Shown one piece after another: positions 1 to 15,400 of a stretch of DNA of 64,000 nucleotides (position 1 is its first letter; every line of letters starts with the position of its first letter). The position numbers and the translations under genes were made by a program. Source of the stretch: Tubulanus polymorphus. Its lineage: Eukaryota > Animalia > Nemertea. The notes beneath the pieces are model-generated. The model did not search any database and was not told where the DNA came from. It saw nothing but the letters and a program-made list of their open reading frames with translations. The DNA is taken from positions 15,012,655-15,076,654 of the forward strand of contig NC_134033.1 in the NCBI RefSeq assembly GCF_964204645.1, given 5' to 3'.

Positions 1-669
1 TTTCAAATCATCCGGCGCGTACGTCGCGCGCGTTACTTTCTTAATTTCGGAAACAATCGATTTCTTTAAAGAAAATTCTTGATCTGTATAGATATATATA
101 TCGAAAAATAAATGAGTAATTGCGTTTGTGTATGGATCGGGGTATCCCCGGGGGCCTCCGCCGCCTGCGTGCGTGCGAGGTCCTCGCACCAGTCTAAAGG
201 TCACTCTATTTTTCAGTGAACCAGTCTAAATTTTTTCGATGTTGTACGTATTTAACTTTGTATCTCTATCTATTCATAAGCGAAAAACGAATATTCTATT
301 GTAAACTACTTTTATCTTTTAGTTCGTGATGTAACAGGGGTAAACAGCCAATAGCGCGACACAGGTTTAAAACGAGAAAAAATGATCATTTCCCCAAAAT
401 AAATTTCATTGTCAGTTCAGTTTTGTTTTTGTCGTTGTCGGCAGTGCGTGGCACTACGGCCGCGTGCTAGGAACAAACTGTGCCGGAAATAACAATTGTG
501 CCAGAAATAACGATTGAAATATGAAATGTTTTAGATTTTATAATAATAAAACTTGCAGAATGTTTTAAAAACTATGGAACATTCCTCCACTAAGAAACTG
601 ATCCTTTGATGATTTCAAGGGCTGAGTCGCTTATCTCGGGCCTCACATTGTGTCCGATGATCTCTTGCT

Positions 670-950
670 AAGTTCAGAGGCTGAATCATGACCTCTGATG
701 ACCATAGGGGCTGAACCCTAACCTCTGATGACCTCATGGGCTGAATTGTGACCTCTGATGACCTCAGGGGCTGAATTGTGACCTCTGATGACCTCAGGGG
801 CTGAATTGTAACCTCTGATGACCTTAGAGGCTGAACTGTGACCTCTGATGACGGCAGGGGCTGAATTGTGACCTCTGATGACCTCAGGGGCTGAACTGTG
901 ACCGCAGGGGCTGAACTGTGACCTCTGATGACCTCAGGGGCTGACTGACG
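670..950. repeat. 30-bp minisatellite (GGGGCTGAATTGTGACCTCTGATGACCTCA)
   Basis: About 9 tandem copies, degenerate at the left end. Confidence 0.9.
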
Positions 951-1724
951 ATGCCTCTGCCTCGTGAATAACTCATGAAGCTAAGCTGAACAAATTTTTC
1001 TATAACATTGAGCGAGAGAATGTAGTTGTTTTAGTCGGGGGCGAATGTGAGCGAAATAGTGATATTTGAAAATTCCTCCTTCGGAAGGGAAAACTTTTGT
1101 ACGAAAAAAAAAACATTTCATTTCATGTTTAACAATTGTAGCGAATATTTCTGTACAGTGTTTAAAAGAATTCAAGTCATTCTCGAAAACTTTCTCATCT
1201 TCATTTTTCAACTGCCAAATTAATTTATATATATATATATATTGGAACCTAGTGCGTCGTGTTGATTTCATTTCGGAATCAAAATTCAAATTCATCTTAC
1301 GAAAAACTTCCTATGTGGAGTTATATATATATATATATATTATGTACTACGTACATCTGAGGGGGTGGTATATGATTTGGTGGTAGCTCCCCCTATTGTC
1401 GTGTTTACGCGATACTACTACGAACGTACGTAGATTTTGGGGATTGATTTTCGGTGGGCCTCGGCTACTAGAGGAGACTATGGCTGTTTCCCCTGACATT
1501 TTGAAACCACACCGGTTGCTGTGGTGTGTCATCTCTTTCGAGCTGACGGAGAGCGAGTACGGCCTGTTGTATCGCGCGTGGTACCGGTGGCTCCCCCTAT
1601 CGGTGCCGTGTACGACCGGACGTTCGGACTCTCGTTCAGTTCGTCGAAGTAGTAATTATTATTAATTATCCGTAGTGTGTGTGTCAATTAATGTTTGGGA
1701 TTTAACGTGTCTGAACAATAAGTC

Positions 1725-2175
1725 GGCAGTCGAAACAATACTGTATTCTACGGCAGTCGAAACGATGCTGTATTCTACGACGGTCGAAACGATACTGTAT
1801 TCTACGGCGGTCGAAACGATACTGTATTGAACGGCGGTCGAAACGATACTGTATTCTACGGCAGTCGAAACGATACTGTATTCTACGGCGGTCGAAACGA
1901 TACTGTATTCTACGACGGTCGAAACGATACTGTATTCTACGGCGGTCGAAACGATACTGTATTGAACGGCGGTCGAAACGATACTGTATTCTACGGCGGT
2001 CGAAACGATACTGTATTCTACGGCGGTCGAAACGATACTGTATTCTACGGCGGTCGAAACGATACTGTATTCTACGGCGGTCGAAACGATACTGTATTTA
2101 CGGCAGTCGAAACGATACTGTATTCTACGGCGGTCGAAACGATACTGTATTCTACGGCAGTCAAAACGATACTGA
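1725..2175. repeat. 27-bp minisatellite (GTCGAAACGATACTGTATTCTACGGCG)
   Basis: About 16 tandem copies; source of the GGRNDTVFY pseudo-ORF. Confidence 0.95.
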
Positions 2176-5100
2176 GCTTACTAACTTCATACTGCTACTG
2201 CTTTGGGCAGTCTATCGGTCATCGCTTCGATATATAGGACTGGTTTCAGGCCGTTTTGGTCCGACCGATTGGAAGTGAAACGCCGGTCTTAATATTCAAG
2301 ATGAATCGTTGGACTTCGTGTGATTCAATTTCTAGCCGTGGTCAGCGGCGGGACGCAGGAATTTTATAATGAAGCGGGTCGCGCGTTTATCGAGAAATCG
2401 CTCTCTAACTGCAGTGCAGAGACGTAGTCGAATGTCTCGTAAGAGTCATAATAAACTATGAAGTGTATATAGTTAAAAACAACATTTAGACGATAAAAAC
2501 AAAATTTAATGGTTAATTTCTTCCAATTTGGACAAAAAATTAGGCACACTTGGTCATAAAAGGGAGCGCGCGACCCCCGAAGTCCGACCCTGCTGATTAT
2601 AAAAGCTTACAGTGTCGACTGACTGACTGACTGACTGCCTGACTGCCTCGCTTATTGCAGTCGGACACTTTCTTAAAAGGTTTAATGGTTTAGATTTGCT
2701 TGATGTGCATTAAATGTTATATCGAACTGCTGTTGCTGTACGGAAACCAGAAATCTCATCGTCGTCGGTTTCCGAGTTCTGATTGGTCGATAGTTTGAAT
2801 GCTGCCGTTTTTTTTGGAGAGATTTCCGCTACGTCTGGTGTAACAGCTTTTTTTTTTTAGAAAACAAATGCGATTCTCGAAACGGGATATTCTCAAATTG
2901 ATCGTCGAAATACTAGATATTATGAATAAACAGGGTTCTTACGGCTTTTGAAAAGTCTTGGAAAATGGGAATTTTTCATTGCGGGTCCTGTGTAAAAGCT
3001 ATTGAATTTTGTTGTTTTTTTTTTCTCTCGCTATGGGAAAGGTGCGCGGAAATTCTTTCTATTTTGAATATTTAGGCTGTATGCCGATAACTAACTTCAT
3101 GAAAACACTTGTGTCGACAGTATTGATAATTGGCACTTATTTTCACTAAACTAAGCTTTACGGGCCGACATTGCCTGTTCAAGTTTGGCGATGTGTCACT
3201 TCAGGGCTATGGGATACTTATGTAAAACGAAATAGCGAAATCCGTAAGAACCCTGTACACGTATTTAATAAATTCTCCTAACTCGTTTGATTGGTTGATC
3301 ATGTTTGAGAGATGAAAGAGACAATTTTAGAGACGTGTAGAGACAATCAATCATTCTTTTGTTCGGTGTATAACTGATTTTCTGTGTGCAGTGGAACGTC
3401 TCCTCGAATTGCGCGCGAATAATAATAGCTTTTTACGTTCATCGTCTGTAATACCGATTTACCTATATAATCTAGATATCATCTGCTGTTTAATGATATA
3501 TCGAGATATCGGTCACCTATTTGATGATATTCCCGCGAAAGATGAAACGATATATCATACTCTAGGATATGTCGAGATAGTATCGGGTGATATGTCGGAG
3601 CTGTCGTTTTATATGATATATCGAGATACTGATAGTTGATATATCGAGATATTGGGCACCTTTTCAATGATATTCTTGAGAAAGATGAAACGATATATCA
3701 TACTATATGATACGCCGAGATAGTATCAGGTGATATATCGAGATACTGCTAAGTTTTTTTCGAGATATCGTCAGATGTCCGAAAATATGATGTATTGAAA
3801 TACTGTTACATTGAAATGTCTAGATATTATCGTCCATTTTAAGGTATATCGAGATAGCATAAGGCATATATCGAGATAGTGTTAGGTGAGATATCGAGAT
3901 AGCGTTTGATGATATATCAAGAGATGTCGTCTGTTTGGTTGTCTGTCCGTCAGATGCGGAATTCTCAGTTAAAAAAAAAATATGATTGAGGGGCGCCTGC
4001 GTGCGCTTTTTACGAAAGCGAAAAACGATGTTAGTTTTAAACAAAAAAAAAACAGTGTGAATGTGCAATCAATCTCCTTATAGAAACGAATTACAGTCTT
4101 TTGAGCCGCTAGATGAATAAAAAGATTGGTGGCAGCTCGAGGAAATTTAAAAAAAAAAAACTTTATTCTGAGAAAGTGTGTATAAGATATACATTCCATA
4201 GGAAATCACTTCATCGTTCATACGTGTAATAGTTCGCAGTAAACGAAAATCGGGACCGAGGCCTCGGTACGCGTTTTAGTGAAAACCTCGGTTCCGATTG
4301 CTCGTATGAATTATCCGCGCGAAGCAGGGTATTTGATATTATTTCTTACTCGATGGCCGCGCGCGCCGCCGTCGTACATGACGTGTTCAATTGCTCAATC
4401 ATTTTCTGTGCGTTGTTGATGAAAAGAAAAAAACAAACCGAAAACACTTCCAAAACTGTTACGTTGCGTATTTTTTTTTTTTTAAGCGAATTTTTGATTT
4501 CAGAGTTTGTTAGTAATAGTTTTCTTCTACGTGTCTCTTTCTATCGCGGTGAGAAATATTGCGATTCCCTGTCGAGCGCCGAATAAACGAAACGAGAATT
4601 TAATTTTTTTAAAAACATTTCACCGCTAGTTAGGGTATAACTCTGACCTCTCGCGCTACGAGAGGATCGATCTGTCGATGATATTTTTTCTGTCTTCAAA
4701 AAAGTAATAGTGGGCATTCCTGACTTGACTCTAGTAGTTTGTAAATATTGAGCCAACGCCATGAGAGAAGTTCAGCCGAACATACAAACAAAAAGTAGCA
4801 GCAAAGATTGAGCTTTAATGAAATTTATTGATAATAATTCGATCACATTCGAACGTACGAGTTGCATTTTGCTCGCGTTATTGCTTAGACTAACTTGAAA
4901 AAAAAATTTCGAACAATAATAGTGTCGGTAATGTTTTTTTTCTTGTAAGTGATAATTCCTGCATTTATATGTATTTTATTATTTGATCGTTGATTCTGTA
5001 GATTTCGGGGACCACAAAACTGTATACGATTACCTCAGCTCCCCGACAGCTAGGGGGGGGGGGGTAGGTAGATATATCATCCCCTTTCCTCTTTCGAGGG

Positions 5101-5766
5101 ATGGAGGGGGTTGGTAAAATGCTTCTAGTAAAATTTGTATTTTTGTAAAACCCTACGCGTGACATGCAGTACCGGGTCCAGTCTCCTCGCTTGAAAAGTA
5201 GATTTACTTCGGAAAAATCGACTAAATCTCTTATTGTTATCAGAAATCAATAATATTTATTCATCGAGGTCAAATGAATGTGAAATGCAACTTCTGCGTG
5301 AATATGATATTAAATCGTTAGCATCCGACTTCATCATCATCATCGACTGAAAATAAATACATTACGCGTTCATACCGCAAGTCTTTCAAACTGTGCTATT
5401 TTATATTCATAGATGGCGCCGCCGCAGCTGTCACGAGACATTGTGATATCGAGAATAAGAAAAAATAAGTTGTTGCTACTTAAAACATAAGAAGAAGAAC
5501 CTTCGTAACTTTTAATTTCCGCGTCTGAAAAAAGAAAACGCTTCTTTGAAACTTGTTTGTATTTTCTATGGTTGTTGATATTAATATTATTATCATAAGT
5601 AGCGGCATATTTTTTTTTTTTCTAGAAATCTCGGGCGTTGTTCGAAAAAAATCCGTATCATAGTTCGAATTTTTCCAAATGGAAATTTAGAAGAAAAAAA
5701 AACCGTGATAAATCGCGAACTAGGACGAGAGCGAGAGACTGCTTTATTGATGAGTTAGGAATGCCT

Positions 5767-5798
<32 letters not shown>

Positions 5799-5939
5799 CG
5801 TTACTCAACGGCGCGCGCGATCGTGAATTCTATGCATCCGTAACGACTAATCCACCGTTTAGTGAAACCCTTTCGTTACCCGTAGCCGGCGTTATGCGCT
5901 GTATAATCTGGGACCCTACGACTCCTGGAGATTTTTTAA

Positions 5940-6297
5940 CACGTTTGCTGCCACTTATCTAGATACTCGTACCTCAGTGCTTGCTACGAATATACTTGTA
6001 GCTGCTGATTCTAATTATTTACAGTTAGAGATATTTTCACTCACTTGTGGGGATGAGAATGACACAGTTACTGATTGGCCGGCAATTTTTTGCAAAGGTT
6101 GACTATTTAATATTTCCAGTGGCAACCTTCTAATACTGCTGCACTTGTGATTGGCTAGTAATGGGAACAAACTCGGCTTCGCTCTCAAAGCTCATTGGTC
6201 AATTTCGAGCTAAAGCTGACTATGTAAGTAACAGCTCCGGTGCCAACCATAAGAAAACTTAGGTCACCATATTTAAAAACTGGCAGTGTTAAACGTG
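5940..6297. mobile_element. piggyBac-like MITE (TTAA-flanked, CACGTTT..GCTGCCA TIR), apparently nested in a CCCTTTC..GAAAGGG element (~5868-6353)
   Basis: TTAA|CACGTTTGCTGCCA ... TGGCAGTGTTAAACGTG|TTAA. Confidence 0.6.
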
Positions 6298-8139
6298 TTA
6301 AAAACTCCTTCTGAAAACGCTTTCAAATTTGCTAGCGCTCCGTAGTGAAAGGGTTAATGATTCGCGTGGATTAAACGATCTGATGCGTGCTGTAGTAGTT
6401 TGTTTGGTTATATATATTTTGTTTTTTTTTTTAGACTAAGCATTGAAAAATGGCATTGTTTTATATAAATATATATCGCGTACGTAAATCGAGGTGCACC
6501 GACGTACGAGCCGATTGGTCGAATTCTCGCATAAATTAACGAGACTACGACGATAATGATGTTCAAACGACGAGGTATCAAACGGTCGATAATTTCGAGC
6601 TGATTAATATTCGATTCGATGTCCGTATATTTCTAAATGAGAGGAATATTATTAAAATGGTGCTATTTTCAATGCTATTAACGTAACATATTCGAAATGA
6701 TCTCATATCGTTTATTATCGATCGACGAAATAACGAGAATTTCAGTAGCGTAACTTTTAAAAAAAAACAAACAATAGGAGAAAATTAGTAGAAACAGTTC
6801 TGTCGGTCTTTACTCATTGAGTACGTACGTGAAAAATAGCAGACGGATCTTAGAAATTGTGTAATAACGATCCAATTCAGGTCGAATGACAGAAACCTTT
6901 TTGGTGTCGCTCGATGCCAGACTGTTTGAGAATAGCGAAATCTGTAAAACCTTATAGAAAACCCCAGTAGTGAGTTTGCAGTCTGGAGTTGATGCCATTC
7001 TTAAACCGGAATACGTTCAATATTGAAACCTGCCTTAATCTGCTCTGGAATAAACACGACTCATTGATGGCAACGTTATGTCAAAGTCAATGATATAAAG
7101 TATGTCATACACTTAATGTAAATACATAGCTGGACCTGGTTCCACAGTTGTGAGTTAGAGTTAACTCTGAGTTAAAGTTAGTTCATTTTCAATGAGTTAA
7201 CTCAGAGTCAAAATCTTTACTCTGGACCCGGTTCCACATTTTGTGAGTTAGAGTTAATTCTGAGTTATAGTTAGTTCATTTTCAATGAGTTAAATCTTAA
7301 CTCTGATCAATTTGTCTATTTTCGTCCTCACTACAGCCTGCGTACGTACTCAATGACCGCTCCCTAAGACTATACTTAACTTCGCACTTCCGAGTCGACA
7401 CTCGTCAGTAAGACTAGCAACTTAGATGGTAAATATTGGAATTTCTGTACCGCATTTTTGGGACCCGTTTTACTAAGAAAAGAAAAATCCGGTGTTTATA
7501 AAAAGGTCGATGATTTTTGAGATTCCGCTTTCTGCCGATGACAGACAAGTAATAAACCCAACAAACATTTCGCAACGCCAGAATAAAATCTGGTTTGAAG
7601 AATCCGTATTTTGAGAAATATACCAAAAGGGAACTTCCACTAGGCTTAGATCGGTCAATTAATGTACGCGGTAAACCTCGCCTAATTCTGGACCAGCTGG
7701 GACCGAGTAACGGATCGGAAAAATTATGATAGGAAAAATGGAAAGTGGTTGAATTTTTATCCTAGTTAGTCAAAACTGGGTCCTCAAAGTCGCCAAGTCC
7801 GGCGTTCGGTGAGGTTTACCGTAGTAAAAAATGTTTAATCTCGTTTTTGAGACACTTAAAATGCACGGTGACGACACCTATTGGTCGGTTGGATAACTAA
7901 GTTAAACAGACGGCATTTAAACTATTTCTCTGGTTGTCGAGAGTTTGTTAGATGTAATAAATAAATAAATAAATAATCTTTGTGTCTGGCGACTTTTTCA
8001 CTCGCAAAAATCAAAATAATGGAAAAAAAAATTTGAATTTGATTGGTAATTTATATGTTCAAGTACTAATTACTTTGAAAAATGTGGTTGTATTCAAATA
8101 AAAATTTCATTAAGTCTGAATTGAATGTGTTTGTTCTCT

Positions 8140-8285
8140 AAACAACAGGGGGCCAGTTGCTCAAAGGTTGGTTAAAGATAACCGGCCGTTAAATACCATA
8201 GTAACAATGAAATTTCAATCGTCACCATATCAACTATCCACTGGTTAGCTCTAACCAACCTTTGAGCAACTGGCCCCTGTTGTTT
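8140..8285. mobile_element. Foldback MITE with GGCCAGTTGCTCAAAGGTTGGTTA TIR (PIF/Harbinger-like terminus)
   Basis: Near-perfect ~35-bp inverted arms; related copies at about 9035, 28190-28262 and 58117. Confidence 0.7.
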
Positions 8286-9411
8286 CTGCTAAGTTGGATC
8301 GTTTAGGACAAGATTTGAGAGATGGTTTACGCAGTCGACAAGGTGGCCACTTACATACATGGAAATCAGGGGATTTTGTTTTAAAAAAGTCGTAAATTTG
8401 CTGTGCGTAAAATCAATCAGTTTCCGTCTGTCTTTCGACTATGACTGTGTTAATTGATTGGATTCTTAGCAGATCTAGTCAGAGAAAAGTCGGGGGGAGG
8501 TAAGCCTCCCTGGTCAACCTAAGTTAAATGGCGTCCATTGTTTAATGCTAGATTAATGGAATGGAACATCTTCTTTGGGACAAGTCGAACTAAGCGCCGA
8601 AATACTGCCATACTCTTTTGATGTCTATATCAGAGGTTTAGCACATGAATTCACATAAGTATTTTCGTTAATAATGTATACATTTTCTGGTCTCCGACTC
8701 CTACCCGAGGCTTACTGTACCTTCACTTCCCTTACTGCACTGGACAAAACTCACGCAAAGAAAGTAAATTTCATGAATTAACATCAGTATATAACAATTT
8801 TATTAAACCTCTATCTAATAGATGTGTAATAAACTAATTCGTTTGCATATAAACATTTGTTAACAAGTTTTCATAAAATTTACACATTAACAATTAAAAG
8901 ACATTACATAAAGTCATGAAGATCATCAAACTCTCATTATCACAAGTTGTTTTACAGACTGACTGTCATGTGTTACAGAGTGGTCACTGACCTAGAAAAA
9001 ATCTGGGAAAACTGGAAATTTGACAAAAAACATGGGGTCAGTTGCTCAAAAGTTGGTTACAGATGACTGGCGGATAAATACCGTAGTAACAATGAACTTT
9101 TAATTGTCTCTTTGTCAACTATCCACTGGTTAACTCTTATGAGCAACTGCAGCCCTTGGAAAACTCAGGCAATTTGGATAATGCTATTGACAGCGTATCG
9201 AAACGCGATTCAATGAAAAATGAATGAATTGTAACAATTTAAACAAAGAAATTTGACATGGAAACTTTTACGGACTGGTATTAGCTTAAACCTGGGGGCT
9301 AACTTTATTCATTTTCAATTTAGTAAGCCCCGAGAAAGGTAATACCATTCTATAAAACCGGGTCCAGGGTATTCGGGCGTTAAGTGGCGCCACCCTGTGT
9401 TAGTTATGGAG

Positions 9412-12400
9412 TTAGAAATCAATTTGATCGGCTTCAGTTTCGCTGTCACTAGACGCGTATAACTGATCCATATCGGTGTTCCATCTGAACATGTCGGCGC
9501 ATTGAGGAGAACACGAGTTGAACAGGAACGGAACGTTTTTAACTCCGAAGATTTTCGTACACGGTCGAATCAGACGAATTCCCGGGCCGTACATCGCACC
9601 TTTACAACAATCGCAGCGACGAGGACTGAAAATATATATTCAAAAACACGTCTCAGGGGTTGCTACTGATACTGGATTCTACCGCCGGGCAAGCCCCTAT
9701 TCTAGGATACAAACGTGAAATAATAAGGGGAATGCTAGCCAGGAGTTGACTCGATACTGGAGTCATAAAGTTCATACTTCAAAACTCTTGTGGCCGGTTG
9801 CATAGTCATGGCTTAGACTTAAGACCAGTCTAAGAACAACTTAGTTCTATAGCCAATCTAAGAACTAAAGACCAGTCTTAAGATTTAAGACCACTTTTGG
9901 ACTAAGTCACGACTGCAACTGGCCCCCGGGGCAAGTTCCATAGTCATGGCTTCAACTTAAGACTAGTCTAAGACCAACTTAGTTCTATAGCCAATCTAAC
10001 TTAAGATTAAAGACAAGTTAAGTTTCCACTTGGTCTCGGGCCCTGGTCTGCTAGGGAAACACGATTGCCTGAGAGTGCCATCAGGTTTGAATCCCTGTTG
10101 AAGAGGAGTCCTGGGTATCACTTACTTTTTCAGAACCTGTAAAGCCGATTCATGAATCGAGGAATAACGTTTTTGTAGCTGATAACCGATGAAAATATTA
10201 GCAGCGATATCGACTAATCTCTGAAATAAACAATACAACAATGATTAATATCAGGATTTTACTTGTCAGGACCAGTGCCATAGTTGTGAGTTAAGAGAAC
10301 TCTAGATCCAGTTACACAGTTGTGAGTTAGGGAACTCTGAACTCAAGCTCCACAGCTGTGAGTTATCTCTGAACCGCAGGATCTAGTTCCACAGTTCAGA
10401 GCTCGAGTTAACTCAGGATCCAGCTCCACAGTTGTGGTTAGCCTCTGAGTTGAAATAAATTCATTTTCAATAAGTTAACTCTTCAAATCATAGGGCCTAT
10501 CTCACAGCTGTGGAACTGGGTCCTGGATACTCGATCAATGAAGTAAACTTACGACGGGTTGATTTCTTGTATTCTCCTCCCAGAATAACGGATGCATGTA
10601 GTTATTGGCGACTCGGATGTATTTGAGGTTAAGTTTCAAAGCGCCGCACGGTAACGCCGGCAACTGATTACCATCTACATTCAATTCACGTAGAGTCCTT
10701 AAACACAAAAAAACAAACAACTCAATTACCTTAAACTGAACTTCATTAACTATTAATTCTTGAGTCGGTTTTTGAGAAACTTACTTCAGTTGTTTGATGT
10801 CGTTTGGAATGAATGATATTCTGTTGTAAGATAAATCTAAATGACGCAATCTTTTCATCAGAAACAACCTGAATATTGTACAAAAATATTCATACAATTA
10901 GTTCCGTAGAGTTTTTTCCTAATTATTTTAGAAGGCCATTCGTTAAGTATGAACCAATGAGGGTTGCAGGATTAACAATTGGCCACTTTTCTGTACAAGT
11001 ACGTTATACTTAAACAGGGTGGCCACTTACGGATACCTGGGAATCAGGATCAGCGAGTAGTTAGAGAATTTTGTAAAGAAGCAAAAATCAGGGAAATTTG
11101 TTGAGGTGGCTAGTTCGCTCAAAAAATCAAAGAGTTTCTATGCTTCATGTGATTGATTGTGTTAATTGATAGGATTGTTAGCAGATCAAATGAGAGGGAA
11201 CACAATCTGCATGTCAGGGAATAAACAAGTCAAATAGAAGTGGCTAAAATTAACATTGCGTGCATAAAATTTATGGATAAGAGTTTTACAAATACAGTGC
11301 CAAATATATGGGGGTGTAGGGAAAAGGGAGAAAGGTTTAGGGGAGGTTGAGAGAGAGTGAGAGATGTATGGGTGAAAGTTAAGAGGTTACATTAAACACT
11401 CACCCAGGAGGTAGAGAGGAAATCAGACAGAACGACATCACTAACGTTTTCAGTTTTTTCAAACAGTGAATCTTCGATGGAATATCTTTAATCGGATTGT
11501 CGCGAAGTTTCAAAACTTGCAGTTGTTTTATAGAGAGCACCTCCGGCGGAACGAACTAGAGAAATAGAGGACGCTGATATTTCAGTCTGAGAATAGATGG
11601 CGACACTCATATAGGTAAATTTAACTTTTAGATACGTTTTCAATGAGCATATTTCAGTGTAGGGATAGATAGCAATTCCAGATTAAACCCTCTACTGGCT
11701 GCTTCTATCAGGTTTACCAGAGTCCCAACGACTCATTGATTCCTTAAAAACTCCTAAACAGAAAATGCTTTTAAAGGTGCTTGGAACTAATTTGCCTGAA
11801 ACTCCTTCAATTTTTAGACTTAGGCAAATAGAAATTTTTGTATCTTACCCTAAAATCGTTGAAGGATAAGTTGAGATAAGTGATAGTTTTCGACAGCGTG
11901 ACTATATCTGGAAGTTGATTGATGAAGTTAGCCTTCAAGCTGAGCGCCGTTCCACCGCTGACTATTGAATCTAAAACCGCCAATTCCGATGGCGAAACTT
12001 CGCGATCTCCAGTCGCGGCTATTCAAACAGAAAAACATTCGCTTAATATAGCAACAAAGCAGCAATAAGGTGAGCTAAATCACAGTTGATGATTTAAGAA
12101 TTTATTCTGACAGTTTCGAAATCTTCTGGCTAAACTTCATCAGAAATATGAAAATGAATGTTTTATTTTAGTTTTTCTGATGATGAAGTTTAGTAGAAAA
12201 TTTGAAACTCTCGGAATAAATTCTTAAATCATCAACTGTGGGTTTTGCTGATTATTTCTGAAGTATTGAGATTAATACCAGTCTCTACCAGTCAGCAATA
12301 AGGTTTTCTGTTGTCATTTGAACTGAAGTGAATCATAGAATTGTTCAAACCTCATTGTCTTAGATTTTAACCTTGTGAAAAATAAATGGCCTCGAAGGAA

Positions 12401-15400
12401 GATTAAGTAGAGCGCCCTCTACTTACCGAAAGGTGAATTACTGCGTCGAGATTCCTGGAAGAAATGAGGAGTCGACGATTGGAAAACGGATTCCATCTCG
12501 GGGAATTCGGACATCGTAACCGGACGCGGAGATTGCGAGAACGATGGCACAGACTCTCTACGAAATACACGCATTCATTCATTTTAGTAAAACAAGTGTG
12601 AAACTGGAGCCTGAAGACAGAATATTCAACTCTATTCTTTTGCATATTTTAACAATCAGTTTTTGATGCAAAAGATTAGAATTAGTTTCAGAATTCAGGG
12701 TGGCCACTGAAATGGAAAACTGGAAATCTTGGGTAATCAAAAAAAAAAAAAACCTAGAAAAAGATCAGAGAATTTGATGAATTTTACCAAAAACCTAGAA
12801 AACTCAGGGAATTCGGATAATGCTTCCTCGGATTTTGAATTTTTTCATGGAAAAATCAGAGAATTTGTAAATGGCCTGAACTGGAGAAAAAATATTCAAC
12901 TTAATTTCTTAACAATCAATAGTTTTTGATGGGAGACTTAATTCAGTTTCAGAATCAGCTCAGGGTGCAGTTTTACTAATTCCTAAGTTCAATTCCTTAA
13001 AAGAATAATTCCTTAATCGATTTACGGTTTAAACTGAATTAATGAAGAAATTAAATCGATTTATGAGTTGATAATTTCTGTGAAACCGGATTTCGAAATT
13101 CTTACCCGCCAACAAAGGACACTAATTTCTGCGGCGAGCCGCCCGATTTCGAACCGTCGTAAATAACGATCTCGGTGTGCGGCGTTTCGCCCGGTTTGAA
13201 CGGACTCTGATATTTCGGCAGCGCACGTATCGACGATTTCACCTCGTACTGTAAAACCTCTTCCATCTGAGATTTCACTAACGCGGCCATCTCGATCAGA
13301 ACCTGTCGCCCCGGGATACGAGGCTGAACAGGATCGATCATATCCACTGTAAACAACGTATCGATAACTGTTAAAACCGTTATAATTCAAAATTCAAATT
13401 CATCAATTACAAACAATTCAATCTGCAGCCTGGATCCTGCACCCTTTTAGACATTTTTATTGAAAATGAACTACAAACACCTGACATTTAGACATTTTAT
13501 CAGCACTCTTTCAAAAACTGATCGCCTGCACTTCACATGTGTTCAGAACTTCACCTGAGACATTTCTAATTGAAAATGAACTAAAAACTCCAGACATTGG
13601 ACATTTTATCAGCAAACTTTCACAAACTGATCGTCCACACTTCACATGTGTTCAGAACTTCACCTGAGACATTTCTAATTGAAAATGAACTAAAAACTCC
13701 AGACATTGGACATTTTATCAGCTAGCTTTCACAAACTGATCGTCCACACTTCAAAGGCCTCCCATAGAGGTGAATGTGTGAAGGGGTACAGGTTGCAGGC
13801 TGCAGATTGATAGAGGAGACCAGAGTACATTGAGCCACCCTAAATAGAATCCCTTGCTACAGCTATAACAACAACACTTCCCTTTCACCTCCTAGCTACC
13901 GATATTTATCAAAAATGTTGTTGATTTTTCACTGCTTCCAAAAAATTTCCCTAAGGGCGGCTCCATGTGAATGGGTGGCTCCATGCGCCCAGGTCTCCCG
14001 TACCTAGACCTAAACGATCTTACATTGTTCATCCATGGATACGACCGTCATCGGTCCAGTGTCGCGCTCTAAATACTCTTGCGCCAACAATTTCGTCAAT
14101 TTCTTATAATTATGCTTAGAAAACACGGCCTTTTTCACTTTACGCAACGGCAGACGCTGAATCTGCGAAACTCTGATCAGAAAATCATTCAACGTAAACA
14201 AACACGGTTCGTAATAACGCAAATCGTCCTGTTCTTCCAGGAACAAATACTGATTCATTAAATGTGGTAGAATTTTCGGCATTCTCATCGGGAATGCATC
14301 CGGACCGCGAGGTTTGTAGGATTTAACGAGACTACCGGGCGCGGTCGAACTGGATGACGGTACAATCCGATATTCGCTCGTATTGTGTCTGTATAACGCC
14401 TCGAGGATGTATTTCTGTTGGTTTCGGAGGTAGCTGTTCACGCGCTGCGGCGAGCTGCCGGATTTACCGCGTCGTTTCAGCGGAGATTTACGCGATTTAG
14501 CTAATTCCGCCGGAACGGGCGAAGCTAAACTCGGGACGACGCTCGGAGTCGTAGGTAGCGGAGTCCAGCGCAGATTATACTCGTCAGGATCGAATAAAGA
14601 CGATTCCTGTTTGTCGAATCTGTCCGGGTCGTCATCTTCGGGATCCTGCTCGGCGGGTTTTTTTCGCACCGGGGGCGGAGGGGGTCGCGGTTTACGCAAT
14701 AGTTTCGTAGAATTCTGTGTTTTCTTCGATTTTAATCCAGGGAGTACCACATCAGCCTGGTTCACAGACAGTAATAAAAGAAAGAAATAAATCAAACTTA
14801 ATAATGATTTCAAAGTAGATTTTTTTTAGAGGCCTATGCCTACCACAAATGACCACGTCCACTAAACAGTGGCGTTGGAACTGTAGCGACTGCAGCAGTG
14901 AAAGCTACGGCAATAATTTACTGAATAACATTTTTTTCTTTCTATACTTGAGTATGTTTTTGACGAAATTGAAGTAAATTTGCCGCGGCAACCTGTCAAA
15001 AATCGGCAATTGGCCGCGGCATTCAAAAGTTGCTTCCAACGTCCTGCTAAAGTCCATTGTCTTATCATGACATTGACCTGGCTTGAGATTGTCAGTATTA
15101 CACTGTCTCAATGTCTGTGGTTTAGCTTCACCCTTCATGATCTGATATTTCCACAAGGCAAGCCCACACGCTTACCACCAACGATTGGGTAACTAACTAA
15201 GGCTTAGATATTTAAGGAGAGAAATAGAGATAATAACAATAGTTGGTCGATTTTCAATCAATTTTTTTTCTTCAATCAAAATTTCACTCTTCTTGACTTG
15301 ACTTACTAAATAGACAATAGGCCTATAGTAGTCTTGCCATAACAGTACAGGTGGCCCTTAACACCACATGACAGGAAAGTTGGCCTACTTAGGCAATAAA

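Noticed and set aside
1827-2237. 136-aa GGRNDTVFY repeat ORF, also superficially CRISPR-like
   Set aside because: A 27-bp minisatellite with no unique spacers, in a eukaryotic context.
1-8110. Coding exons in the first 8 kb
   Set aside because: No spliceable ORF with recognisable homology. Composition and AATAAA signals at about 7957-7975 and 8097 suggest the long 3' UTR of a plus-strand gene outside the window, which cannot be confirmed here.
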